Shown here piece by piece: positions 1-8,823 of a stretch of DNA of 64,000 bases. The position numbers and the translations under genes are program-made. Numbering within the stretch: position 1 is the stretch's first letter; every line of letters begins with the position of its first letter. This stretch comes from an uncultured Mageeibacillus sp. (lineage in GTDB: Bacteria > Bacillota > Clostridia > Saccharofermentanales > DTU023), in the NCBI GenBank assembly GCA_964486135.1, contig CAZAKT010000005.1, positions 2,789-66,788 on the forward strand, written 5' to 3'. The notes under the pieces are model-generated. The model did no database searches. It saw nothing but the letters and a program-made list of their open reading frames with translations, and was not told the DNA's origin.

Positions 1-976
1 CCGCTGCCTGGACATCCGCGAGGACGGCCTGGGTGCTGGAACCGTAATAGACAGACAGATCAAGATCCAGAATGATTCCGTAGGGTTCCTTGTGAACTCT
101 CTGGCTGACAACACCTTCAACACCGTCCACCGTGATGGCGATCATGCCGACAAGGTCTTTCATGGCCTGGTCGGACATGGCATAGCTGCCCAAGGTAGAA
201 AAGGTTGGCCTTACAACGGTCCGCTCCTGATCGATGACGGGTTGGCTGCTTTGTGATCCGAAAACGCCAAAATCGAACCGCTGCCAGAATTTCGCGATGG
301 GTTCCGCCAGATAGCCGGAGAACTCGTGCTTGATCTCCATGCTGGGGACAGGGATCGTATGCTTACCCTCGCTCATACGGGTCTGACGGGCCAGGTTCCG
401 CTCTTCTTCCGTCGAGACGTCTTCAATCCTGATCTTGATCGAGGGCTGATTCAGCCAGAGATTCTCGCAGATACGGGTCAACATTGCCTCCGACGTCCCC
501 AGGATCATGAGGGCGCTTGGCAAATGCTCAATCAGGGCCCGCCGCATGTTTTCGGCCCGCAAAGGGTCAAGGAACATGGCCTGCCTGACCGAATCCATTT
601 TTGTCGCGGCCCGCTTGGCTGAGGAACCGGTGAGGATGGCACTCCCGTGAATCAGGAGTCCGTCGTCGATTATGTATTCGATATTGTACTCACGGGCGAC
701 CCGGATCGCCCGGGTCGATTTTCCGCTACCGCTGGAGCCAATAAAAGATACGACCGCAATCTGTGACAGGAGGTCGCGGATTTCTTTTTGTGACTGTTCC
801 TCATAGGCGTCAGCGCGTTCATTCATCTGTGAAATGACGGCATCGGCAAAGCGGCCGAAAGGGTTGAAGGAGGTGTCGGCCGGCGGCCCTTCCCCAGCTT
901 TCTCAGCTTCCAGCACAGGGAGCTGGTCGATCGGTTCCGTATCGATCTTCCTGCGTCTAAACCAACCGTTGGCCAT
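1..976 (-). CDS. Partial CDS (start at 976, C-terminus beyond window edge): Walker-A P-loop region fused to Asp23/Gls24-like region, function unknown
   Basis: Absent from ORF track (no stop in window). Own translation from ATG 976-974: MANGWFRRRKIDTEP...VVSFIGSSGSGKSTRAIRV (GxxGxGKST Walker A). Distal part ...MSDQAMKDLVGMIAITVDGVEGVV...GIILDLDLSVYYGSS...VLADVQ fits the Asp23/DUF322 pattern. Purine-rich GGAGGAG/GGGAG lies just upstream; frame open to position 1. Confidence 0.6.
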   Translation of the reverse strand, partial: MANGWFRRRKIDTEPIDQLPVLEAEKAGEGPPADTSFNPFGRFADAVISQMNERADAYEEQSQKEIRDLLSQIAVVSFIGSSGSGKSTRAIRVAREYNIEYIIDDGLLIHGSAILTGSSAKRAATKMDSVRQAMFLDPLRAENMRRALIEHLPSALMILGTSEAMLTRICENLWLNQPSIKIRIEDVSTEEERNLARQTRMSEGKHTIPVPSMEIKHEFSGYLAEPIAKFWQRFDFGVFGSQSSQPVIDQERTVVRPTFSTLGSYAMSDQAMKDLVGMIAITVDGVEGVVSQRVHKEPYGIILDLDLSVYYGSSTQAVLADVQAA

Positions 977-985
977 GGCTCCCGC

Positions 986-1717
986 TTACTCCTCCTGATC
1001 CCAATTGTGGTAGATATCCTGGACGTCCTCGTTGTCCTCCAGGCGGTCGATCAACTTTTCCATGTTGTCTATGGCCTCATCCGCCAGGAGGGAGACCATG
1101 ATGGAAGGAATCTGATCAAGACCCTGATCCGCGAATTCATAGTTTTTGGCAAGCTGGTCCCGGACTGAGGCGTAAAGTTCAGGTGCCGTTGTAATCACGA
1201 TGATATGCTCATCGTCGAGATCGACATCCTCGGCGCCGGCTTCAAGGGCGTCCATGAAGACCACATCCTCGTCAAGGTCATCCCCCCTTTCGATCACAAG
1301 GCTGCCCTTACGTACGAATTGGAAGGAGACGCATCCGTCTGTACCGAGATTGCCGCCGTACTTACTGAAGATGTGCCGGATCTCACCCGCCGTCCTGTTC
1401 CGGTTGTCTGTCAGGGCCCGGACCATGAGGGCGACACCGCCCGGGCCGTAGCCTTCATAGTAGATCTCCTCGAGCATGGCGCCGCCGCCTTCTCCCGAGG
1501 CCCTTTCGATGGAGCGCCGGATACTGTCGTTGGGCATGTTATAGGACTTGGCCTTGGCAATGATATCCCTGAGAACTGAATTCGACTCAGGGTCGGGACC
1601 ACCCTCCCGGACGGCGACCTGGATCTCACGCCCCAGTTTCGAGAATACCTTCCCCCGCTTGTCGTCTACCGCCTCTTTGCGTCGCTTGATATTGCTCCAT
1701 TTTGAATGACCCGCCAT
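986..1717 (-). CDS. yebC: YebC/PmpR family DNA-binding transcriptional regulator
   Basis: 243 aa; N-terminus MAGHSKWSNIKRRK and length are the family hallmark. Confidence 0.95.
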   Translation of the reverse strand: MAGHSKWSNIKRRKEAVDDKRGKVFSKLGREIQVAVREGGPDPESNSVLRDIIAKAKSYNMPNDSIRRSIERASGEGGGAMLEEIYYEGYGPGGVALMVRALTDNRNRTAGEIRHIFSKYGGNLGTDGCVSFQFVRKGSLVIERGDDLDEDVVFMDALEAGAEDVDLDDEHIIVITTAPELYASVRDQLAKNYEFADQGLDQIPSIMVSLLADEAIDNMEKLIDRLEDNEDVQDIYHNWDQEE

Positions 1718-1788
1718 AGACCCTCCCTAAGACAGCCAAAGCCTCCTGTAATGCTGATATCATTATACACGCGGCCGGAGGGGCAAGA

Positions 1789-2421
1789 TCAGGAGGGGTC
1801 TTCAAGCCAGCGCTCAGCTTCGGGCTTGAAGGCTATCTGACCGGAGGAAAGATTCATAACCAGTGCCCGCAATTCCTCCACCCTGTCAGCCGTCGCTCCC
1901 ACAAGCTGCTCGACCCTTTCACCGAAAACGGCCGGTTCCAGAAAAAATCCCCCGGCTTCCAGGCGGCCTTGCAACTGATGGAAGACAGGGTAGTCAGCCT
2001 CCAGCCGGAAGCTTTGGCAACGGACGAAGCGGACAGGAAGGGCCGCCTCCAGAGCGCCCCGGGCTGCCTTCGAGTAAGCCCGTGACAGGCCACCCTTACC
2101 CAGCAGGATCCCCCCGAAGTAGCGGACAACGACGATGGCAGCCCGGTCGATCTCCTCCTGGAGAAGGGCATCAAGCACCTGCCTGCCACCCGTTCCATGG
2201 GGTTCCCCATCGTCTGAGAAGCGTTGGAGCTGGCAGGGAAGATTGGTCCGCCAGGCATAGACATAGTGGCGGGCCTCGGGATAGCGGACACGGGAGCTGT
2301 TGATCAGGTCAAGGGCGTCCTGCTCCGACAAGATGGGCTCACACAGGCCGATGAAGCGGGAGCCACGGTCAGTCAACTCATAGAGACCTTGGCGGCGAAC
2401 CGTTTTATATTGATCAGACAT
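1789..2421 (-). CDS. yigZ: YigZ / IMPACT-family protein (UPF0029)
   Basis: 210 aa; RGSRFIG, YVYAWR, SDDGEPxGTGG, VVVRYFGGxLLGxGGL blocks typical of YigZ. ATG 2421 lies 8 nt inside the serS 3' end. Confidence 0.85.
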   Translation of the reverse strand: MSDQYKTVRRQGLYELTDRGSRFIGLCEPILSEQDALDLINSSRVRYPEARHYVYAWRTNLPCQLQRFSDDGEPHGTGGRQVLDALLQEEIDRAAIVVVRYFGGILLGKGGLSRAYSKAARGALEAALPVRFVRCQSFRLEADYPVFHQLQGRLEAGGFFLEPAVFGERVEQLVGATADRVEELRALVMNLSSGQIAFKPEAERWLEDPS

Positions 2422-3709
2422 GGGTCCGGTCGACCGGACGGATCACATCTATTCCATACATCCAGGGGGCCAGGACCTCAGGAACCCGGATGGAGCCGTC
2501 TGGCTGCTGACATTGTTCGGCTATGGCCGGGATAACACGGGATGTCGCCAGCCCCGAGCCGTTCAAGGTATGGCAGAAGGCGGTTTTGCCTGAATCGGCC
2601 TGCCGGTAACGGATATTGCCCCGCCGGGCTTGGTAGTCGCCTGCGTTTGATACGGAACTGACTTCCTTGTAAATCTGCATACTGGGGATCCATATCTCGA
2701 TATCGAAGGTCTTCATCATGCCCGCGGAACAATCGCCCGCCGCCAGCCTGCTGACACGGTGGACAAGGCCCAGCCCCTCGACCAGCCTCGCCGCCTTGCC
2801 TACCAGCTCCTCAAAGGCGGCCTCCGAATCCTCCGGACGGGCGTATTGGAACATCTCCACCTTGTTGAACTGGTGACCCCGGATCATGCCCCGTTCGTCG
2901 GCCCGGTAGGAGCCGGCCTCACGGCGGTAACAGGGCGTAAAGGCAAAATACTTCCTCGGCAGATCCGCTTCATTCAAGATTTCATCCACGTGAACATTGG
3001 TGAGCGCTGTCTCGGCCGTTGGCAAAATAAACTGGAACTTGTCACCACCACCCCTGAGTTGAAAAACATCATCCTCAAATTTGGGGAACTGACCACCGAC
3101 ATAACCGCACTCGTAGTTCAGGATATGAGGGGTCAGCATCATCTCGTAACCATCCTTGAGGTGCTCACTGACAAAATAATTCAAGAGGGCCCATTCCAGG
3201 ATAGCGCCCGGGCCGGTGTAGATCCAAAACCCACTCCCCGACAGCTTGGCGCCCCGCTCGTAATCGATCATACCGCAGGATTCGACAAGATCGACATGGT
3301 TTTTCGTAGCGGCCCCCACCGCCTCCGGTTCTCCCCAAACGGATACCACTTCATTGTTCTCTTTGCCGCCCGCGGGGATATCATCGGCAGGGATATTGGG
3401 TAGGGAGGCCAGAAAAGCTTGCTGCGAGGCGTTCATCTCCTTGATCTTCAGATCATTGTCTCGGATTCTCTCGCCTAGCTCCCGAAGCGTCTCCGTCAAG
3501 AGGCTGATGTCTCCCTTTTGTTTTTTGATAAGGGGGATTTCCGCCGATTTCACATTTCTTTCGGCCTTCAACTCCTCAGTCTCATGCATGAGCGCCCGGC
3601 GCGAGGCATCCGATTCGAGAAACTCCTCGAAATCTACAATAAAACCTCGACGCGCCAGTTTTTCAGCGACTTCTTCCGGCCTGTTTCGGATATAAACTAA
3701 ATCCAGCAT
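2414..3709 (-). CDS. serS: Serine--tRNA ligase
   Basis: Track ORF runs to 3751. I prefer ATG 3709 (GGGAGGAA 3 nt upstream), giving MLDLVYIRNRPEEVAEKLARRGF..., 431 aa. Class II aaRS blocks FTPCYRREAGS and TLNGSGLATSR are present. Confidence 0.95.
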   Translation of the reverse strand: MLDLVYIRNRPEEVAEKLARRGFIVDFEEFLESDASRRALMHETEELKAERNVKSAEIPLIKKQKGDISLLTETLRELGERIRDNDLKIKEMNASQQAFLASLPNIPADDIPAGGKENNEVVSVWGEPEAVGAATKNHVDLVESCGMIDYERGAKLSGSGFWIYTGPGAILEWALLNYFVSEHLKDGYEMMLTPHILNYECGYVGGQFPKFEDDVFQLRGGGDKFQFILPTAETALTNVHVDEILNEADLPRKYFAFTPCYRREAGSYRADERGMIRGHQFNKVEMFQYARPEDSEAAFEELVGKAARLVEGLGLVHRVSRLAAGDCSAGMMKTFDIEIWIPSMQIYKEVSSVSNAGDYQARRGNIRYRQADSGKTAFCHTLNGSGLATSRVIPAIAEQCQQPDGSIRVPEVLAPWMYGIDVIRPVDRTHV

Positions 3710-3741
3710 GCATTCCTCCCAGCAGAATAATCTGCCGACCC

Positions 3742-3750
3742 ATTCTATCA
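3742..3750 (-). promoter_or_regulatory. Extended -10 promoter element (TGATAGAAT) for serS
   Basis: Minus-strand TGATAGAAT lies 33 nt upstream of the serS ATG. Only 93 nt separate serS from the upstream gene. Confidence 0.4.
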
Positions 3751-3802
3751 TAGAGGGGGGAAATCAGCGGGATAGGGGCGATCGGGGCCTCGTCGGCAAG
3801 CC

Positions 3803-4471
3803 CTATTTCATGTCTTCGATTGCCTTTTCGACATAGTAATCCATAATTTCACGCTGCATGGCACCTTGGGCATAGCCGATGAAGTAACCCTCGTGGTCGA
3901 TGATAAAGGTCGTCGGCAGACCCACGATCCTGTAATCCTGAAAGATCTTGCCATCAAGATCCATAAGGACCGGGAAACTTATGTCATTTTCTGTCAGAAA
4001 TTGCTTGATTCCCTCAAGATCCAACTCACGCTGACCGGCTCCCGAGCCATCATCCGGATAGGCTACGCCGAGGACGGCCAGATCACCCGCATTAAGCCCA
4101 TGATCCTTATAGAGTTGTTCTATATCGGGCATCTCCGCAATGCAGTTGTGACACCAGGTGGCCCAGAAATTCAGAAAGACGACCTTCCCCTCATACTGGG
4201 CCAGGTTGTGCTCCACGCCATATTGATCAGTCAAGCTAAAGTCATAGCCCTTGACCTTCTCCTCATCCGGTTCGGTCGACTGACTGCCTTCCGGCTCGGT
4301 CGGCTGACTCTCGCCCGACCCGGGCGCGCTCTCCGACTCCCCCGTCGGCTCAGCCTTGCCCTTACCGCAGGCGACAGCCGTGACCAGGAGGGTCAGGATC
4401 AGCAGGAGAGCGATCAAGGCGGTCAGAGCCCGGCGCGATTGTCTTTGTCCATCGTGTCTATTACTTGTCAT
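3803..4471 (-). CDS. TlpA/ResA-family thiol-disulfide oxidoreductase lipoprotein
   Basis: 222 aa; signal peptide with lipobox LVTAVAC-G; thioredoxin-fold CxxC motif FWATWCHNC; AAAGGAAA RBS. Confidence 0.85.
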   Translation of the reverse strand: MTSNRHDGQRQSRRALTALIALLLILTLLVTAVACGKGKAEPTGESESAPGSGESQPTEPEGSQSTEPDEEKVKGYDFSLTDQYGVEHNLAQYEGKVVFLNFWATWCHNCIAEMPDIEQLYKDHGLNAGDLAVLGVAYPDDGSGAGQRELDLEGIKQFLTENDISFPVLMDLDGKIFQDYRIVGLPTTFIIDHEGYFIGYAQGAMQREIMDYYVEKAIEDMK

Positions 4472-4489
4472 GGAAATTTCCTTTTCCCT

Positions 4490-5203
4490 TTATCCGCCAT
4501 AGATGCCAGCGATCATGAGTATCCCGATCACCAGCATGAGAAGGCCTCCCAAAATGACGGTGTATTTCATAATTTTACTGTGTCTCTTGAAAAAAGCCAG
4601 TGTCTGCGTCGTAAAGAGGCCCACCAATAGGAAGGGAATCGTAAACCCCAGCGCATAAACGCCTACCAGTAAAAAGCCCTGACTGCGCTGGGCCGCGCTT
4701 GCCGCCATAAGGAGCACGCTGAACATGGCCGGCCCGATACAGGGCGTCCAGGCGAAACTGAAGGTGAATCCCAGAAGATAGGCAATCAGAGGATTCATGG
4801 CGAACTTGTCCAGTTTGAAGGAGAGTCTCCTGTCCCTGGACAAAAAGAAGGAGGAACCGAGGGCGCCGAGCTGGTAAAGACCAAAGAGGATAACCAGCAC
4901 CCCTCCACCTATGGTAAAGGCCCGGCGGTAGGTACTGAAGAATTCCCCAGCTGCGGTAAAGCCCAAGGCCAGTACGAAGAAGGTCGACGCGATGCCCAGC
5001 ACAAAAAACAGGGTGTTCAGGAAAACACGCTTTTTAGGATACTGGACCTCACCCTCTTCATCCACCGTGTAGGTTCCACCCGCCAGATAACCGATATACA
5101 TGGGCAGGAGGGGTAAAACACAGGGTGACAGGAAACTCACCAGCCCCTGCAAGAAGACGGTGAGTACAGAAATCGATTGTTGCATCTCCAGGGCAGGTGG
5201 CAT
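4490..5203 (-). CDS. ccdA: Cytochrome c-type biogenesis / thiol-disulfide electron transfer protein CcdA (DsbD family)
   Basis: 237 aa polytopic membrane protein with the two family Cys motifs LSPCVLPLLP and WTPCIGP. Sits 18 nt upstream of the ResA-like gene (operon). Confidence 0.9.
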   Translation of the reverse strand: MPPALEMQQSISVLTVFLQGLVSFLSPCVLPLLPMYIGYLAGGTYTVDEEGEVQYPKKRVFLNTLFFVLGIASTFFVLALGFTAAGEFFSTYRRAFTIGGGVLVILFGLYQLGALGSSFFLSRDRRLSFKLDKFAMNPLIAYLLGFTFSFAWTPCIGPAMFSVLLMAASAAQRSQGFLLVGVYALGFTIPFLLVGLFTTQTLAFFKRHSKIMKYTVILGGLLMLVIGILMIAGIYGG

Positions 5204-5301
5204 GGATTATCCCCTTCCAATAATGGATCTTGCGCTTGACTGGCTGGCGCACAGCCAACATTCTACCAAGTTATCGGGACCTGCTTGTTACAAAGGAAAC
5301 A

Positions 5302-6186
5302 CTAGTCATCAATCGGAAGAAATCCTTCGCCGTATACCTCGTCATAGGAGCTTATGATCAAAAGCGCGTCCGGATCGACAGCCTGTACGATTTTTCGCAG
5401 CTCCGGCACCTGGGAACGGCTGCAGGCGCATAGGATGACCGGTCGATGCTCCTTCGAGTAGGCGCCGTGGGCCTGTAAAAAGGTGGATCCGCGCTCGAGC
5501 TCCTGCCCGATCTGCCTTGCGATCTCCTCCCCCTGGCTGGAAATGATCATGGCCAGCTTGCCTGAAATGAAACCGAACATAATTTTGTCAATGATCAGGG
5601 TAAGGACCGCGCTGTATACAAAACCGTAAAGTACCGCGTCGATCTTATGGAAGACCAGTCCACCGGTCAAGACGATGAGACCATCCACAAAAAGTGAGAG
5701 CTGGCCCAGGGACAGGTGAGCTTTCTTTTTCCGAAGTGACAGGATGATTAGATCGGATCCACCGGTGCTGCTCTTGTTCTGGTAGATGATGGCAAGGCCG
5801 ATACCTGCCAGGGCACCGGCGAAGAGGGCCGCAAGCAGAGGATCCCCCTGGTAGACCGGCAACCTTGGGCTGATCAGGTCAAGGAAAAGGCTGTTGACGA
5901 CCAGGGTCCTGAATGAGCGGAGGAGAAATCGTCTGCCCAGCAAGCGGTAGGCCATGGCAATGATGGGGATGTTCATAAGCAGGGCAAGGGATCCGATCGG
6001 GAGCCCCGTGTAATGATTCAGGATAATGGCTATGCCCGTTACGCCGCCCGGCGCGAAGTTGGCCTGAACCGCAAAATTGTAGACACCTGTCGCGAAAAAG
6101 AAAGATCCCGCAAGATCCAGGAGTAGATCGTGAGCAAGGCCCTTGACGGAATCCAAACTTAAGAAAGACTTGGAAGAAGCTGGCAT
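5302..6186 (-). CDS. YitT family membrane protein (DUF161/DUF2179)
   Basis: 294 aa; 5 TM N-terminal part plus soluble C-terminal DUF2179-like part (…RPVILCACSRSQVPELRKIV…), the typical YitT layout. Confidence 0.8.
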   Translation of the reverse strand: MPASSKSFLSLDSVKGLAHDLLLDLAGSFFFATGVYNFAVQANFAPGGVTGIAIILNHYTGLPIGSLALLMNIPIIAMAYRLLGRRFLLRSFRTLVVNSLFLDLISPRLPVYQGDPLLAALFAGALAGIGLAIIYQNKSSTGGSDLIILSLRKKKAHLSLGQLSLFVDGLIVLTGGLVFHKIDAVLYGFVYSAVLTLIIDKIMFGFISGKLAMIISSQGEEIARQIGQELERGSTFLQAHGAYSKEHRPVILCACSRSQVPELRKIVQAVDPDALLIISSYDEVYGEGFLPIDD

Positions 6187-6243
6187 CTTCCCACCTCCAA
6201 GGCCACACGCCCCGTCTTTCCAGACGATGGGGCCAAAAGCCCT

Positions 6244-7359
6244 TTAGTTCATTAGAAAGTTTACGAGCCGGTTCTGGGTCTTGACCATGTCAAACCACCA
6301 GACCTCCTGGCCCTTGACGTAGAATTTTCGGGTTTCGTCCATAGAGGGCAGCTGGAGCTGCTGCCTCTGATAAGCAAGATAGGTCGGAGCCTTGGAAACA
6401 TATTGGTTGAGATCCAGGTTTGTGTAGGTGTTGGCCAAAATAACAGTGGCCACCTTATAGACGGTTGATCCCCCGCTGGCCGCCATCTCATTCAGGATGG
6501 AATTGATGACATTCCGCTGTCTTTGGTTCCTTTGAAAGTCACTGTCGAGTTTCCTGATCCGGGAATAGGAGAGCGCCTGGCTGCCGGACAAGCGGTTATT
6601 GCCACTTCTCAAGCCCAGGTACCTGGCCTCAGCCGGGGTCAAGCTTATGGTGACCCCGCCCAGGGCATTGATGATCTTGACGAAAGAGTTGAAGTTGACA
6701 GCCACGAAACCCTTGATCGGAATGCCAAAATTGCTTTCCACCGTCCTGATCGCAAGCGCTGGTCCGCCATAGGAATAGGCGGCATTCAGCAAGCCCCAGT
6801 TGTGGTTGCGGACACCGATATTGACGTGCATGGCCCTCATGAGCGACACGATACTTACCTTTTTTGTATTGTGATTTATCGAGATGATCATGGTGACGTC
6901 GGAGCGACCCTTGTAACTGTTCGTATCGACACCGAAGAGCAGTATATTCTCGACACCATCCATTTTTTTCATGCTGATGCTTCCGGTCTGGTCCGGGCCA
7001 AGGGCTTCCATTCCCGACAAGGCTTCTGGATCATCATCCAATTCTTGATTGAGCCAGGTCATGAGCTCAAGTTCCCATTCATCATGATTGTCCGGGTCCA
7101 TCAGGTCGGGAATATCGTAAAAGCTGTCATAGGAAATATCATCGCCCGTATAGGTCACGCGCGACATCATATCGGCGTAGATTATATAAACACCGGAAAA
7201 GACTGAGATAAGGAGCCCCGCCGTGACACCGAACAGGACGAATTTCAAGGGGAATAGGCGTCCGAACAGGGTTTTCGCCCCTTTCCCCCCGGATACCCTG
7301 GTTGATCTTTCGGGGCGCTTTACAGAACGCCCCGCCCGCTGTCTTCCTCCACTGCTCAA
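6244..7359 (-). CDS. LCP (LytR-CpsA-Psr) family cell-envelope glycopolymer transferase
   Basis: 371 aa; basic N-terminus, single TM, then LLFGVDT...GRSDVTMIISIN and NAAYSYGG blocks of LCP proteins. TTG start with GGGGGGA RBS. Confidence 0.85.
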   Translation of the reverse strand: MSSGGRQRAGRSVKRPERSTRVSGGKGAKTLFGRLFPLKFVLFGVTAGLLISVFSGVYIIYADMMSRVTYTGDDISYDSFYDIPDLMDPDNHDEWELELMTWLNQELDDDPEALSGMEALGPDQTGSISMKKMDGVENILLFGVDTNSYKGRSDVTMIISINHNTKKVSIVSLMRAMHVNIGVRNHNWGLLNAAYSYGGPALAIRTVESNFGIPIKGFVAVNFNSFVKIINALGGVTISLTPAEARYLGLRSGNNRLSGSQALSYSRIRKLDSDFQRNQRQRNVINSILNEMAASGGSTVYKVATVILANTYTNLDLNQYVSKAPTYLAYQRQQLQLPSMDETRKFYVKGQEVWWFDMVKTQNRLVNFLMN

Positions 7360-7387
7360 GAAAAATCCCCCCTGCCCAGTCTTCCGA

Positions 7388-8176
7388 CTAGAAGTAGCTA
7401 TAGCCTCCCCAACCCCAATTCACACCGGCCATCAGGATCAGGTTGATCAAGAAAAACAGGATGATATAGACGATCGCAAGCGCGAGCACGACCAGCCAGA
7501 GTTTTTTTGTGCCTGCCTGTGAACCGGAAATACAGGTCAACGTGGCAGCCGCGAAGGACAGGATAGGCACCAGGTGCAAGAGCAGGGAAAGGAAATTCAT
7601 GCCGCCCAGGGAAGTCATGGAGATGGCAAGACCGAGAATCATGATGAAGAAGGAAATCGGCAACACAATATTCTGATAGGAGGAATAGCGTGCGAAGGCG
7701 CCCTGGAAATCCATCTCCTCCCCCAGCCAATAGCGTTTACACAGCCAGGCTGCCGTCGGCATTGCGACCATGAGGATCAGGTTAAAAAACCAAAGGAGGA
7801 AGAATCCACCCGCATGCCAGTTCATCATCTTTCCCGAACTGAGCGTGTAAAACAAGGTGATCAGGAAGGGGACGATGGCGGCGAACAAGAAATGCATGGG
7901 CTCATCTGTTCCCAGGACCCCCTGGCCCAGCCAACGAAAATAGCGTTTCCCTTCGAGCGCAAGGGCGGAAGGGGCTTTAGGGGCCTGTGGCTGTTGGGGG
8001 TAGGGATAGGGAGGGGCCGCTATGTCGGCTGCCGCCGGAAGAGGGGGCTGACCGGCGGGCGGCGCCACAGTCACCGTGGGCTCTGCTGCCGGGGCCTCTG
8101 GTTGCTTGTTTCCACAACGGCTGCAAAAGACCGCTTTGTCATCCAGTTCAGCCTGACAATATTGACAACTCTTCAT
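7388..8176 (-). CDS. Zinc-ribbon domain membrane protein, function unknown
   Basis: Track ORF extends to 8350. ATG 8176 has a GAGGAGAG RBS and gives MKSCQYCQAELDDKAVFCSRCGNKQ (CxxC...CxxC zinc ribbon), a Pro/Ala-rich linker and about 6 TM segments; 262 aa. Confidence 0.7.
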   Translation of the reverse strand: MKSCQYCQAELDDKAVFCSRCGNKQPEAPAAEPTVTVAPPAGQPPLPAAADIAAPPYPYPQQPQAPKAPSALALEGKRYFRWLGQGVLGTDEPMHFLFAAIVPFLITLFYTLSSGKMMNWHAGGFFLLWFFNLILMVAMPTAAWLCKRYWLGEEMDFQGAFARYSSYQNIVLPISFFIMILGLAISMTSLGGMNFLSLLLHLVPILSFAAATLTCISGSQAGTKKLWLVVLALAIVYIILFFLINLILMAGVNWGWGGYSYF

Positions 8177-8376
8177 ACAACTCTCCTCATTCTTCAAGCT
8201 TGCTCTTGCCCCAGGGACAAGCCCACGATAAAGAAACAGGCTAATTATATCATAGGGGCCAAGCCAAAAAAGCTTATACCCGCCGCCGCTTGACGCCCTC
8301 TGCCCAGCTGGCCGGATGCATGGTAGGATGGTCGAAAGGCCTTGGGTCAAGACTGTAAGATGAAGGAGTTAATGAG

Positions 8377-8823
8377 ATGCGGGCTTTAATCCAGCGGGTA
8401 AGCGAAGCCTCGGTCGACTGCGGCCAGGGCAGGAAATCAGATATTGGCCAGGGGCTCCTGATCCTGCTCGGCGTTGGGGAGGACGACGGGGAGGAGAGTT
8501 GCGCACGACTTTGGAAAAAAATCAATAATCTCAGAATCTTCAAGGACCCGGAAGGCAAGACGAACCTTAATCTGGAGGCTGTTTCAGGAAGTGTCCTTAT
8601 CGTTTCCCAGTTCACCTTGTTTGCGGATACCAGGAAGGGTAACCGGCCGAGTTTCATCAAGGCAGCCCCGCCTGAACTGGGTGAAAGACTCTACAATTAC
8701 TTTGTGGAGCTGGCCCGGCGCGAAGTCCCGATCGTGGCGACGGGCTCGTTCGGCGCGGAGATGAAGGTCCATCTGGTCAATGACGGCCCCTTTACAATCT
8801 GGTTGGATACCGATCAGTTTTGA
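8377..8823 (+). CDS. dtd: D-aminoacyl-tRNA deacylase
   Basis: 148 aa; MRALIQRV...GLLILLGV...SQFTLFADTRKGNRPSF family signature; GAAGGAG RBS 8 nt upstream. Confidence 0.95.
   Translation: MRALIQRVSEASVDCGQGRKSDIGQGLLILLGVGEDDGEESCARLWKKINNLRIFKDPEGKTNLNLEAVSGSVLIVSQFTLFADTRKGNRPSFIKAAPPELGERLYNYFVELARREVPIVATGSFGAEMKVHLVNDGPFTIWLDTDQF

Noticed and set aside
326-622. 98-aa plus-strand ORF at the window start
   Set aside because: Antisense to the partial P-loop/Asp23 gene that I translated across 1-976.
8792-8823. 32-nt convergent overlap of dtd and ispE 3' ends
   Set aside because: Both genes are confidently identified, and the IspE C-terminal tail is poorly conserved. This is probably a trivial overlap or a slightly late stop, not a regulatory feature I can support.
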